Source: Eledone cirrhosa (lineage: Eukaryota). Taken from it: 64,000 bases of DNA. The notes under the pieces were generated by a model. The model was given only the letters and a program-made list of their open reading frames with translations. It was not told the origin of the DNA and searched no databases. The stretch lies in the NCBI GenBank assembly GCA_964016885.1, contig OZ024740.1, positions 83,638,001 to 83,702,000 of the forward strand, given 5' to 3'. Of the stretch, positions 13,129 to 28,054 are shown piece after piece; within the stretch, counting starts at the first letter, position 1, and the number at the start of each line of letters is the position of its first letter. A program made the translations under genes and the position numbers.

Positions 13129-16127
13129 TAGAACTAGGACAGAAAAAAAACAGGAAAGCATAATGATGGAACAAAATGTACCTCAATTATTTCGATCTTT
13201 TGATATGGCCAGTCCCGAATTATGGTGTTGTTTTAGAATGAACGAATTCGTTCATTCTCAATTATATCCCAAATTATATCCCAAATTATTTTTAATTTGA
13301 CATGGATATTAAAAATAAAGGTTTCAAATATCGGACATGAGTTGTTCACCAGGAAAAGCTTTAGAGAGAGATAATTTTGTAACAACAGTGGTTGGAAGTT
13401 TGGAAAAAGAAAGGTAATATTTCAGTGTGACGAAGATGGCAAACAATTTATTTTATATTTAATTTTAAAATAAAATGCAATCATGCATAATTATCTACAG
13501 GGTAACTCTTGGGGAAATAGATAAAACAAAAGTTGCATATATTTCGAACCTAATAGATCTTTCAGCTCTGGTCTCATTTTATTTAGAATATAATGTTGTC
13601 AATCAAATTTCTGTGGTAGTGAATGCATTTAAACACGAAATATATTCAAGTGGTTTTGAACAGACTAGTTTTCTAATATCAGTAGGTATAGCGTGTATAT
13701 ACTTGGACGGTTTTCTTTTATCGAGCTAAAAAGGAGAGATTCCATGACCGCTCCAGGGCCTGGGAAGCAAGAAGTGATGCCTCTCCCAAATACATACAAT
13801 CGAATGAATTTGCTACATTTAGTTCAGAAACACGTTGTGCTATAGAAACAGTTGATGGACTATGTTAAAGGCAAACAAAGGGAACCTGCTTCAAAATTAG
13901 TTCAACAAACGCACTAACACATGTATCATTCCACCACATGAGACGGGCAATTTATTTATCGACCCTGAATAGTGAAATGTAAATCTGACGTCTATTTGAT
14001 TTGAACGCAAAACGCCGGAATATATATTGCCATGCATTACATCTGAAGCTTTTATAACTCAGCAAAACAAAGGACAGATTAAAGTTATTGATATACTAAC
14101 AGAAATATTGTATCACATTTGATGTTACTTTCAGGAGTGACAAAAGACTATCGAAATACTATCAACTTCTGTGTTGGAAAGATTTATTTTTGCGACATCA
14201 TGAATTATATTAAACATGATCAGTGACTACTCATCCAGAAAGATAACTAAATTTTCAAAGATTCAAGAGAAAAGGAAAATAATTTCACAAGATAAATATC
14301 CTAAACTGCATATACAAACCACAAAGGGAATATTATTTTCTAATTTCAATATGAATATTCGTGTTTCCCTTGCGATTTTGCTGAATATTACAGCTGAAAA
14401 CTAATTGAATGTCTTAAAAGAGAAATCCAAATTATTTATACTCTTCTTATGTGATATTGTTAATTAAAATATGTGCATATCTACAAGATAAGTTAACTTG
14501 TTTCATGATTAAATTAGGAAATACCACATTTGTTTTATTTTAGATTTTGTCTATTTGGAATATGGTTTGGAGATTACAAGAAATTGATGTTCAGATGTAC
14601 ACTGATTTAAACTTAATTTAGAATGTAGCTAACAAACAAAACCCATCTCTACAGTATGATAATGAATTACAAAGTTCAAAAGTATTCTCAATGTATCATA
14701 ACAATGACGAACTAAGAAGTAGAAACAGAGGCAAATGTCTGTAGCATGAGCAACCTCGTTAGGTTAATTAGATAGCTTACTGTACGTTATTAGTGTAACA
14801 ATGAATAGTTCCACACCATCGAATAGTTATTCTACTTCATCCATATTACAGGGATACTGTTTTTGTTAATATTGTATATACATATTAACATTTGTTATAC
14901 GCTTAAATTTTATCGAGACCGCTTTGTCCGAAGGAAGAATATACAGCAAGACAGTCTTGAATATCCCTTACGTGTATAGCACTCTAGTTACATTAACATA
15001 TCTAACAACACAGACTAAAGCCATTCCATGTCAAACATCACATACTATCTTTGACAAACAAAGGAGAATGTTTGGAATGTAAATAGACTGGTTATCTGGC
15101 TCTTGAGTTCTATGTATACTTAGTTTTACATAGTTTTACAAATGTAGATGTTGCCACGGCAAAGTTAAATTTTCTTCCCGCTTGAAAGTTTTCTAAAATC
15201 ACCAGCGTAAATACAAATGTAACAATTTAACGAATCGGTTTGATACTGCTGTTAATTGATGGCCTTTTTCCAGTTGGCTTAAATACTAGTTAAATACTAG
15301 TAATGCATCATCGGTACGCATTTGAACATACATCCAACATATTGCGTAGGCAAAACTTTGAATAAGCAAGTATGTAAGGCTACGTCAGTTGAAATGATGT
15401 ACGCATAAATAAGTTTGGGGAGGATCGTGGGTCTCAGATGTTATCAAGATTAGAATGTGTATTTTATGTCTGCGTATGAGGATGCATGTGTTTGGGTAGG
15501 TGTGTGTATGTGGGGGGAGGGAGGTATGTATTGTAATAGGTGATTATTTAGAAAAGTCGTTTCAACGTCAGTTTAAAATGCTAGGCTGTACTTGTTCTGA
15601 CCTAAATCAAATTTACTTGTTCTTATTTTTATGGCGCTAATGAAAATACCAGTCCAAGTTGGTGATTTTGCGGAATTTCTATGCCCTGCTGATCACCTTT
15701 CCTATATGACCGCACTGTGTTTACCTGCGAAATCATTGAGTTTATCCTGAATACGTTTGCTATTATTCATATTCTTTTATTCTCTATTCTATGAGGTATT
15801 TTCATTCAGTGTCTTTATTCTTGATGTCGGAAAATAATCGACATATAAACAGAATTTTTGAATTATCGATCCTAAATATTCGTCTTAAAGAAACGTAGGC
15901 AGAAAAATAAATGTTTTGATCCCAGTAAATTCTTTAGTCATTCATACTCTGTGATGCTGCTTCTGATCACCTTTACCGTTCTTAACACTTGGACTTTTGT
16001 TTCAGTTCCGTTTCTTCTGCATGATATCTTACAAAAACAAAACTGAGCTTTTAATAATCTTGCCATGTCAAAGTGAAGTCGGTATATTTATTGATATAAC
16101 CATTGAAAATGTAAAGGCAAAAGATTT

Positions 16128-18132
16128 GTTGGACCGGGGAAAGTCGATGAAATCGACCCAGTGTGTTAATGGTACTTTATTTTATCGACACAGTGAGGAT
16201 AATAGCCAACGCTATCCTCAGCATGATTTGAAATGAGAACGTAAAGAACCGTGACTGATACTGCCAAACGACTGTCCACCAATGATAATAATAATGGTTT
16301 CTGATTTAGGCGTAAGGCCAGCAATTTGTGGGGAGAGAAACGTCGATCAAATCCACACCAATGCGTTACAGGTACTTTTATTTAATGACCACGTAATGAT
16401 GAAAGGCAAAGTTGTAATAATATTTGTTTCTGATTTAGGTACAATATACTTACTGTCCTCCTACACATGTAGAACTGGTGCATGATTATCTGGTCCGTTT
16501 TGCAGGGGACTGCAGAATGATTGATAGCAAAGGACTCAGTTTCGAAGAGTCGCAAGATGCTCACAAATTATTTGGCCCTTCTTATATACTCCATGTTATT
16601 ATTGTTGGCGCATTTCTGTGCCCTTTCTATCTCTACCTCAGATTCTGTTTTGGCTTTTCGAGATTTCACTGAAATACATCGATATTTCAATTTTCTCCTC
16701 TCCTTTCATGCCATTACCTCTGCCGCAATGTTTAAGTCGTCCCAGGTCTTTTGTCGAGTTATAATAGTTTCAAAGACCTTCATTTTCAGTCTAAATTGTA
16801 AAGCGTTTAATTCTGAGCCACTGTGGCTGCAAAATAACACTTCTTCTTGCTGCTGTTGTTGTTGTCATTCTTTTGGATGCTGCAGTTTGCTGCTTTTCAT
16901 TGTTGCTGATATTGTTATCGTTAATCATATTGTTGGTGGTGAGTCGTTGCTGCTGTTGTTTTTGCCGCTGCTGTCGTTGTTGCTGCTGTTGTTGGAGTTG
17001 TCATTTCTGTTCACATTTGAGTTTTCACTCTTGTTGGTGCTGGTGGTGGAGGTGCTGCTGTTGGCGCCACTGCCGAATGTGATGTTGCTGTTCATAATTG
17101 ATGTGGGATGGACAACGTTAATCATCTCAACGTTAGAGTCACTTAACATTAGCGAACGGGAAGTGCTCCATTCACTTTTTTTTTTCTTTTAGAAAATTCA
17201 CAATGCAATGTGAGACGTCTTATTAACAGTTTGTAAAAAAATATAATGAATGCAATGTATAAACATGAAAATTGACAAAGCTTACGGAGAGATATTGAAA
17301 TACGTCTTGGCAGAACAAATGATTAAAATAATAATTGTTTCTACTTTTGGCACAAGACCAGCAATTATCCCAGGGCATTACTGTTACTTCATTTTATCGA
17401 CCCCGTAAGGATGAATGGCAAGGGCCCTAACTCCATGCGTCAAAGCATGGTGTCCGATCCTCTACCGATATTGCCAATCCACCGCCTTTGATTAAAATAA
17501 TAATGATTTCTACTATAGGCATAAGTCCAGCAATTTTAAGCGAGGATTCGACCAAATCGACTCCAGTACATTACTGGTGCTTTATATATCGACCCTATAA
17601 GGATGAAAGGAAATATAGCCTCAGTGGTATTCGAACTCAGAACGTAACGGAGCGTAACTCTATGTCGCGAAGCATGGTGTCCGACGATCTGCTGATACTG
17701 CCAATCCAACGCACGGCCGCAATAATAATAATTGAGTTTACTTTAGGCACCGGGCTAACAATATTGGGAGGAAAGGAAAGTCGATTAAATCGACTCCAGT
17801 TCATTACTGATACTTTATTTTATCGACCCAGTAAGGATGGAAGGCAAAGCTAACCTCGGCGGGATTTGAACTCACAACATAAATGGCTGAAACTCTCTGC
17901 CACGAAGCATGGTGCCCGACAATCTACCGATACTGCCTATCCACCACCCGCTCTCAATAATAATAATTATTATTTCTTCATTTGGCACAAGGCCAGCAAT
18001 TACCTCAGTGTATTACTGGTACTTTATTTTATCGACCACGTAAGGATGAAATGCAAAATTAACATCGGCAGGATTCGAACTCAGATCATAAAGGGCCGTA
18101 AATCTATGCTGCAAAGCATGGTGTCCGACTCT
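16128..18132 (-). mobile_element. Cluster of about six tRNA-head SINE copies (approx. 16128-16280, 16295-16420, 17336-17486, 17505-17720, 17733-17951, 17973-18132)
   Basis: Repeated plus-strand core tactggtactttattttatcgacc..gtaaggatgaaaggcaaag...gatttgaactcag. The minus strand has A-box-like TGGCAGTATCGG and B-box GAGTTCAAATCC. Copies are separated by (AAT)n. Confidence 0.85.
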
Positions 18133-18499
18133 ATAATAATGGCGTCCATAATAATGTTAAGGAATATGGGAAGATTGATTTCCTGGCGAACAATAATGAA
18201 GTTATTTCAAGATTTGAAAGTAGTCCATTAAAATCGCCAAAACAAAATGCATCTAACCAGAAAACAAAGGCGAATATGTTAGATAAAGAAGAAACGATCC
18301 TACAAAAAATTGTTTCTATGTCTTTTCCCTATATATCGCATAAATTACTTTTGTGATATTGGAAGACATGCGAAATGTGCAACCAGTTTTCAAATATTCC
18401 CATTATGCTGAGAGAATAAAACATCAACAATAAATTAAATAAAACACAACGAAACGCGATACATATAAGAAACTTTCCTAAATGCAGTTAAAATATTCA

Positions 18500-20910
18500 T
18501 TATATGAAAACAGGTGCATATTGGGATATCCATAATAAGACAAAGCTATCACAGACACAAAACAATCAACACTAAAATTAAAAATAAAGAAAATAAGTGC
18601 TGAACCGTGTGATAATTTTTCATTGATCAACTGTATAAATCTCACTCTGCAAAAAGCGAATGGAATACGTGCAGAGTTTGAATTTTAGAAAAAAAATGAA
18701 GAAAAAATGCAATAAAAAAAATGTAAAGAAATCAGAAACCCAAAAGCCGTTATCCAATTAAATAATGACATTCTAAATGAAAGGCAAAACTTCACTGCCC
18801 AGGTTTCACAAATAAAATGACGATATAAATAAGCACGAGTGGGATATATTTCTATTCTCTCTATATATCCCATGACAACTCCGTACACTACAAAAGAAAT
18901 CAACATAGAAAATCTGGTAGCAATATAACCCATGTCTTGTTTAAAAACCCGATAACAACATATATCCACATAAAAGAAGATACGTATCAGAATAATCAAT
19001 AATTGAAACAGAGTGTCTGAAAGAGTTCAAATAACTAAGGGATATCAAGATATTGAACATTTAAGCGATAGAAGATAGAACCAATATGCAAAGTAAAAAA
19101 GTAAACGCTACAGTACAAATCTCTGAAAGACGTACAGAACACTGACCGAAAAACAAAACTGATTCAGGACAACACGGTATATACGAGTAAAAGGAAATAT
19201 GAGGCACAACAGGTAGGTACAAAAGGTTTTGAAGAAAGGGAATATAGGATTAGGCGACAATAATCCCAAATCCTAAATTTAAAACAAAATCATATACTTT
19301 ATTTAAATAATTGTTTCTACTTTTGGCACAAGGCCAACAATTACTCAGTACATTACTGGTACTTTATTTTATCGACCCCGTAAGGATGAAAGGCAAAGTT
19401 AACCTCAGCGGGATTTGAACTCAGACTGTAAAGGGACGTAACTATGCTAGAAAGCATGGCGTCCAACCCTCTACCGATACTGCCAATTCACCGCCCTTTA
19501 TTTAAATACTTTATTTAAATAATGATAAACACATTAGTATCACAAGACTAAACAACATTTAATATGCAGCAGCCGCTGCTGTTACTAAAGAAAGTGGTTA
19601 CCGCCTTAGATCTACACAACTGATAGAAAAACATGGATTTTTAAGATACGAAATATATGGTAAAGTTGACCTCTCAATCTTAAATGAAATATGAAAGGAA
19701 ACAACATTATTAGGAAAAGGGAAGAAAATAAAATATAAAAAAATGTAATATATCAGAAATGGAAATCGCTGAAACGTCGGAATCCCTAGAAGAAGAAATA
19801 TTTGCAACGGTATAAAAATTTAGAGATGATGAAAACACCAACATTTTGTACGAAATCAGCAATGTCTCTCCAACCAAAACGAATTCTACGAAATAATCAG
19901 TTAAAGGAAAATAGATGTAAAAGAAGTAGAACACTTTTTAGGAGGATTAAAAGCAGCTGGGAAATTGCCTCTCACACAAATGGTAAGAACATCAAACACA
20001 TCCTCTGGATATCACCACAGTGGAGGTATCTAAAACACTGAAATAATCAAGCAGCTGGATTTCACCAGTACAGTTTAAAGTTCCGGTTGAAATATTGAAC
20101 ATGCTCTAGCGCAAAAGTTTAATGTGATGTTGATGGGGCGTAGTTCAGTCCTGGTACACTGGAATAATGAAACTGCAAACCATTAAACTACAAACTCATA
20201 ACATGACTTCCTAAAAAACCTTCAAGACATTAATTGCAACAATATCGCAGAAATTTAGCAAGCTCTTTCCAAATAAACAACCAGCTTCAGGACAATGAAA
20301 ATGGATTTTGTAAACGCTCATATGGTTGTAAAATCAACAAAATAATAAACGACACTTGCAGAAAAATAAACGAAATCTCTGCATAGCATGAATTGATTGC
20401 CAGAAGGCTTTTAAATCAGTTCTCCATGTGAGAAAAAAATAGGCATAAACAGCGTAGCGCAAAAAATTTTAAATCATTCATCTAACCTGCCAACAGTAAA
20501 AGGCAAACTCTCTTACAAATAATAGTTGGATGTATAAATAGTTGGGTCCATCCTAATTTCAAGGGGCCTACCTGTCATCACGTTTTCTGTCTAACATTAA
20601 CACCTTTATCTCTGACACTAAATAGGACTGGGCGTAGTTATACTTGATATGGCAAGAAAATTAATAATTTGTGTATGGTCGATCTGAATCTGTATGCTGC
20701 AGATGATGACAACACGAAACAATGCTGCGAAAAGTTCATAGTTTTCCCAAAATTATACAGGATATTTGGACTAGGAATATGTGACAGGCAACCATGTAGA
20801 ACTGGAAACTAGTAAAATGCTAGATAAAGAAAAATCAAATAACAGAAATGGATCAAACACAGACACACAAATCCTTACATATCAATAAACTAGACTGGTT
20901 ACAGCACGCA
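18500..20910 (+). pseudogene. Old, heavily decayed R4/Dong-like LINE; boundaries approximate
   Basis: Remnants NENGFCKRSYGCK (~20290), FQG (~20558) and YGKKINNLCMVDLNLYA (~20650) match the RT of the copies at 28-36 kb. Confidence 0.65.
19312..19495 (-). mobile_element. tRNA-derived SINE inserted in the old LINE
   Basis: Minus strand begins ggcggtgaattggcagtatcggtag with B box GAGTTCAAATCC; flanked by a duplicated tttatttaaata. Confidence 0.85.
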
Positions 20911-21128
20911 CTTTGAGCTTGTTTTAATTACAGGGTACCTATATGAGTTAATAAGTCTGTATTTTATTTGTATTTCGGCTCCTTGAATGGAAGAGATTAA
21001 AAAGTGAGTGGGATAAGGCTATTATATCTAGCATAACTACTCATACTACGTATAGCGTGCAGACCACGAGGTACATATCTTTGGTCCTCAAATTGCTGTT
21101 AGAGGTGTTTTGATTCATTTGATCTATA

Positions 21129-21211
21129 TCTCGCTGATGATAGCCTACAGATTATCTGTTACAAACATGTTTTTCAGGGCGAAACAGATTGAGTCTAAAA
21201 TCAGTCCGAGA
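21129..21211 (+). ncRNA. Type I hammerhead ribozyme in a solo pLTR-like element (~20910-21435)
   Basis: tctcg-CTGATGA-tagcct...agggc-GAAAC-agatt..aatca-GTC-cgaga. A ~53-bp direct repeat lies at ~20912 and ~21381. Confidence 0.78.
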
Positions 21212-21438
21212 GATGAAATGTTTTTGATACGGTCAGTATAAAATTAATATATCATACTATATGGTTAAGATTAAATATTTAAAACATTAGTGGTATCTTA
21301 TACCATCGTAATTTTAGACACGAAATGTACTGTGTTTATTTATACATATATATTACTATATAATGCTCGGTATTTATGCATTGAGCTTGTTTTAATTACA
21401 GGGTACCTATATGAGTTAATAACTCTGTATTTTATGTG

Positions 21439-21469
<31 letters not shown>

Positions 21470-21820
21470 TTGTGTGTGTGTAGATATATCCCTATGTGGA
21501 GAAAAGCGAGGAAGGTGAGGAAAAGGAGGAGGTAATGTTAGGGAAGGAAGAGGAGTAAGGGATTGAAAGTAAGGAGAGGGAGGGAGATGAGGGAGGATAC
21601 AATGAGAAAGGGAGAGCATGGAGAAAATGAGAGCAAGGAGAGCAAGGAGAAAAGGAGAGCTAGGAGAGCAAAGAGAGCAAGGAGAGCAGAGAGCTCAAAG
21701 GAAAGAGTTTCCCGTATATCTACAATTAGCCCAAAGGAAAAAGTTTCCCTTATATCAACACGTGCGACAGGTAGTTTACGTTAGTTCTCTCTCTCTAGTA
21801 GTGCGGACAAATCGGCTTTC

Positions 21821-21897
21821 CACATGCTGATGACCCACAGGGCAGAATTGGAACCCACTTAAATGGCGAAACATCTCCTGGTGAGTTTGTACATGTG
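21821..21897 (+). ncRNA. Type I hammerhead ribozyme
   Basis: cacatg-CTGATGA-ccca...tggc-GAAAC-atctcctggtgagttt-GTA-catgtg; perfect 6-bp stem I. Confidence 0.82.
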
Positions 21898-22133
21898 TGA
21901 TCTTGATATGAGGTTGGTTTCTCATTTTAATTTATACTTTTAATTTTAATGTTTTTCCTCTGCCTCTATTGGCTTATATTCTCTTCACGCTGGTGGTATG
22001 ACATTCCTGCAAAGAAAAACACACTCTTCTGTATATATTTATATATATATATATATCAAGGGAATGTAACGTCCAGTTACTGTAGCTTCAGTAGAGTGAG
22101 CCCTCGATGCGTAGTCTCCAATATCACACCAGA

Positions 22134-22218
22134 AGTCCGACGAGCTTTTGATTCCAGAGTCAGGTTAGATCGATACAGATCGAACCTTGAGTTGATCAAT
22201 AGCGAAACGCGCGTCACT
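22134..22218 (+). ncRNA. Hammerhead-like motif with CCGACGA core and long stem II
   Basis: agt-CCGACGA-gcttttgat...atcaatagc-GAAAC-gcgc-GTC-act; same family as 11567 and 63750-63830. Confidence 0.65.
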
Positions 22219-23074
22219 ACTCAATCATAATATAATAAAGGGAAAAGTACAGCACTGTGTGCTGAATATATTTTTTAGCCCGTTAGAAAAATAAGTTGGA
22301 TTACTCTGTATAAATAATGAATGAATATTACATAATGTATGTACTAAATTCCGTAACTCTTGATTAATTATAAATAATTTTATTGTTTATTTCAAGATTC
22401 ACTTCTTTTAAAAGTTTCAAATTTCAACACCTCTGGTATATCGCCACCAGCACCACTACCACTACCATAGAGCGAGAAAGAAAGAAGGTGTTTGTGAAGG
22501 GAGAGATACAGACATACATAGTGAATATGTGACATATATATATATATATATATCTAAGTCCAAAATTAAGATAAATGAATTAAAATAATTTAATCTAAAT
22601 CGAAATCATGGGTGTCATGACATAATGCATGCGCCATAAATCCTGAGAATTTAAGCTCAAAGATAAATACATCTGAGCATATTATAATAACTAGAGATTG
22701 ATTAACATATAAAAATACATGAATAATCACAGGAGATAATTTAAGCTTGCATGTAACCGCGCATAGCTAGTTTAGGCAATATTTACCTTTAAGAGTGATT
22801 AACTTTCCGTGTATATATCCCATTAAAGAAATATAATTCACCAATTAATCAGATGGTAAGTCACGGAAAGTGGATATTATTGGATTGTCAACAAGGAAAT
22901 TGATAATAATCCAGCTATTCGAGCTTACAGAGCGAGATCAAATCTTCAACTATCCGTTACCACGTGTTGCGTCCACACAAGATAGTAGTTTCGATTCAGT
23001 GGCGTGAAAAGGTATTCGACAACTAGAAATAGCAGTCAAAATTCTTCTCAACAGAAATAGCTCTACAATTAAGG

Positions 23075-23687
<613 letters not shown>

Positions 23688-24259
23688 GAGAGAGGGAGAA
23701 AGAGAGAGATGGGGAAGTGAGAAATATGAAGACATTAGGATGTTTTTCAACACGCTGTCGTGTATGTGTATATGTGTGTATGTGTATCTGTATGTGTGTG
23801 CTTATATTCATATACATACATTTATATGTATGAGCATATAACTAATCGCGGAAACACAGACACATTTACAAAAATACATACTCACAGCCATAGATCCACA
23901 CAAATACACATACTTTTACACAAACAAATACATACATTTACGGAAATATACACATCCTGTCATGATAGCAGCGTTCGATAAATTTGGAAATAGGGGAGTA
24001 AAATGAAGTAAAACTTTTTACTTACTTATTCTTATCAACAAAAACAGAAAGAGAAAAAACACACAATCAGTTAATACACACATCTCGGACCGCATACAAA
24101 AAGGCAGGTGAAAGGAGTGGACAAAAGAACAGATACCAGAGCAAAAGATAACAATATAGTGAGAAGCACTGGAAAACTTCTCTAATAATGTCTGAGGCAA
24201 GCCAGTACAATCGCAGCGTTACTTTTGGTGAAGGCAAGGCTGGAACAAACAAGCGCCCT

Positions 24260-25720
24260 CACGTGCTTCATCAGTTACATCTGTTAGGCGAGCTGCCAGT
24301 TAAGATTAGAACGAAGCGGTGACAGGAGCAATGATCAACCAGGAAATGTCGGTGGGTCTGCAGCTCGGCACCTGGATAGGCAGGTCCATGCCGTCCAAAA
24401 GCGTCGCCGGGCGCTGGACGGACGGACCGGTTAAATTGCTAGGGGTCTGGGCGGTCCGGACCTCCAGACGGACAAAAACTGGGACGAAGTGATGAGCAGG
24501 GTGGCTTCTCTCACCCAGAAATGGGCAGAGAGGAAGCTAACTCTGAAAGGTCGAGCGGAGGTGGCGAATGCATACATCGCGTCCGTCATCTACTACCGCC
24601 TGATCGTCGTGCCTTGTCCTAAGCCTCACCTGATTGAGCTGGAGCGTTTGCTCTTTCGCAAGGGTGCGCTCCAATGGTCAGGGGGTCCATCTGATGTCAC
24701 AACCCGCTACATGGAGGGCTGGGCATGCCGTGGCTGATGATGCGCAGACACGCGCTCAGGCTACGACATCTCCACCTCTTCCTCGACGGTGATCAGGAAC
24801 TGGACAAATCGGGCAATGCGATCGGTGGAAACTCCACCTTGGCGTTCTATAGAGGATTAGTGGAGGGGAAGAGCAACAACGTACTTGGGGAAATTCTAGG
24901 TGTCGACAAAAATCAACTAGCCAATCTCTTCGGAAGAACTTTCGGGCCGGGGCCTATGGACAACTTCCAGAAATCCCTGGCCTGGCAGTGCTACCGAGGA
25001 GCTTTGCCAGTTCGGGATAAACTCTACAGACATGGAGGTGCCGTCAGTCGGGCATGTCCGAGATGCGCGCAGGGCGACGAAACAGTCCCGCAAGCACTCA
25101 TCCGGTGTCCGAGCATTTCTGACTTGTGGGTTTAGGTCGAACACCTGCTGTCACGTGTAAGACGGATCCGGCTATCAGCTGAGTCCATCGTGAGGATTGC
25201 TCCGCCCACTTCCTTTAGCCGGGAAGGGCAGGCAATTTTTATCTGTCTGGTGGCCATGGCGAAAGAGATAGTATGGCGGGCGTCTTTGAAAGGGCTGAAG
25301 ACGAGAACTTACGTCTTCGGTGATGTGATTAACCTTTTCAAATTTCACTTAAAAAGGAAAATCAGGGAAGAGAGGGAAGTGCTCTCTTCCCAGCATTTTG
25401 TTGAAAGATGGGTGAGAGAGCCATGAATGGCCCGTGTCAATGGGCCTACTCTTAGTATGTGCCGCCTGTAAATTGAAGGTGGAAAACTGAGAGAGGGCAC
25501 TTGCCCTGGTGGTCAGTGTCACCGTGAATTTTTTTAATGGGCTTTCTCCACGAATGTCCCTCGGAAGTCTCCCTCCTATTGAGGAATCTTTCCTTGTTTC
25601 TTTTTTTGTTACATCCTCTGTTTTTTTTATACGCATGAATGCCCATTTGTACCGTCCTGTATTGTCCTGTACTGTGCTTAACGTCTACTTTGTGTAAACC
25701 CTTGTGGTTAATATAGAAAG
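24260..25720 (+). mobile_element. Tx1/L1-clade LINE 3' fragment, decayed
   Basis: KWAERKLTLKGRAEVANAYIAS and AWQCYRGALPVRDKL...CPRCAQGDETV..ALIRCP (zf-RVT-like); GC-rich. Confidence 0.85.
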
Positions 25721-25757
25721 CATTATTATTATTATTATTATTATTGTTGTTGTTGTT

Positions 25758-28020
25758 TTTACTCTTTGAGTCTCAGTCATTGATGTTAGTTAACTGGAAA
25801 GTTTGTTGAAATGAATATCAAGCCACTACCTGCAGCATCAGATATTCAGGACGTATCGGAGGGTTCTTGCTGTTCCCAGCAAGCATGCCTTTTGAAGCGT
25901 TCCAAAAAGCGTGAAGGGGCCAATTTTCTTTAACCATCCCTGGAAACTTTTTGAGATAGTCCCTAGTGCGCCTATGACAATCGGGATCACTTTGACTTCA
26001 TGGCAGTTCCAATTCCTTTTTACCACGCACTCTAAGTCCTGGTATCGGTTAATTTTCTCCCTCTCCTTCTCTTGCACTCTCGTGTCGAATGGGCAGGCCA
26101 CATCCACAATCAGGCACGATCTTTTTTCTTTGTCCACAACCACCAGGTCAGGTCTATTGTATTACCGTTTCTTGTCCGTCTGTATCCTAAAATCCCACAG
26201 CACCTTCACCTTATCGTTCTCTATCACCGCCTCTGGCTTATGCTCATACCATTTCTCAGAATGTGGTAAATTGTTTATTCTACATAGGTGCCAGTGAATC
26301 ACCCTGCCCATCACATCATGTCTCCAGCCCTTATAGTGAGTCTGGACTAGGTGTTTACACTCGGATACAATGTGAGCCACAGTCTCCTCTCTCTCTCCAC
26401 AGATCCTGCACAGTGGGCTAGCCTCCTCCTTGTAAATGTGGTGTTTCAAGCACTTCGTTTTCAGCCCCTGCTCCTGCGCAGCCATTAACATTCCTTCTGT
26501 AGCCTTTTTAAGGTCTCCTCTTTTCAACCAGTTCCATGTCTGTGGATATCTAAATTTAGTTTTCTCAAAGAAGGTACTATGAAGGGATTTTTCCTGAAGG
26601 CTGCTCTTTCTCCTTGATCTTATTTCCTCCTTGGACATCCCCTGGCCCATTGTCCCCTCCTTCAGTACAGTTCTGAGCATTGGCTCCTTACTATCAGTCA
26701 CGTATTTGTGTAGGTTGTTTTTCTCCATCTGAACACAGTCCTCTATGCTGATAAGACCTCTTCCACCCTCAGATCTCCTTAAGTAGAGTCTATCGACATC
26801 ACTCCACTTGTGGAAAATGTTGTAGATAGTCCATAGCTTCAAAGGCTTAATATCCATTTCTTTTTGTTCAGCAACATTCCATCTCAGAATTCCCGCACTG
26901 TACCTAATAATAGACACAGCTCGGGAATTTATGGCACTTATGGCATTCCTACTGTTCAGATGTGACTTTAATACTCTCCTTATTCTCCGAATGTATTCAG
27001 TTCTTTTCAATTCCTTCATTGTTTGTTCTTGATGTCATCAGCCTCCAGAACGCCCAAATACTTGTATCCTTCTTCAGGGTCAATTTCCTTTATCATCTCA
27101 CCTGTTGGTACCTGGATTCCGTTACTTCTGCTCAACTTACCCCTCTTCATCACAATGACTCCACATTTACTAATACCAAATTGCATACATATATCATTGC
27201 TGAAAATACGGACAGTGTCAACAGGCACATCCAACTCCTTCTCACTCTTCCCGAAGAGCTTAAGATCGTCCATGAAGAGGAGGTAATTGATGGTAAGCCC
27301 TCCCTTTCCCAACCTGTATCCTGCTCTCACTTTTCGCACTACACTGGTCAGGGGCATCAGGGCAAGGACAAACAACAGAGGGGACAGACTATCTCCCTGG
27401 AAGATACCTCTCTTGATCTTCACGTTTCCCAAGGATTCTCCAGTTGATGTTAACTCTGTTTCCCAGGACATCATACTTTTGCCCAACAACTGTCTGATGT
27501 TATCTGCCACCTTGAAGATCTCCAGGCTTTTGGTGATCCAAGAATGAGGCACCATGTCAAATGCCTTTTTGTAGTCTATCCATCCCATGGCAAGACCAGT
27601 GTGTCTCCTCTTGCAATTCCTCATTACCATCTTATCAATAAGTAACTGGTCCTTTGTACCACGTGACTTCTTTCGGCATCATTTCTGTTCGTCCGGTAAC
27701 AAGTTGTTTGTGTGGAGGTGATGGTTAATTTCCTCAGACATAATGCTTGTCAACAGTTTCCCAGATTACGGACAGACATGTGATAGGTCTATAGTTGGTA
27801 ACATCATTACCCTTGATTCGGTCTTTCATTATCAGAACTGTGGTACCTTTTGTCAACCACTCTGGTACCGAACCTGACATCAAGCAGTCATTGAACATGG
27901 TTGTCAGTTTCGGGTGGAGGGATGTTATATATTTAATCCAATACATCTGCATACCATCTGGGCCTGGTGATTTCCAATTGGTTAGTTTTTTGGCCTGCCC
28001 CTTAAGAGTTTCAACTGTGA
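25758..28020 (-). mobile_element. 5'-truncated R4/Dong-clade LINE (RT, CCHC finger, restriction-like endonuclease), frameshifted
   Basis: [75 protein letters not shown]...IVDVACPFD...EKINRYQDL; (AAC)/(AAT) tail. Confidence 0.93.
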
Positions 28021-28054
28021 TACTCAAATATTATTATTATTATCATACTCAAAT

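Noticed and set aside
16521-17192. 223-aa hydrophobic plus-strand membrane protein
   Set aside because: Poly-Leu/Cys runs come from antisense reading of CAG/AAC repeats.
19312-19495. tRNA gene
   Set aside because: A and B boxes belong to a repeated SINE head; no cloverleaf.
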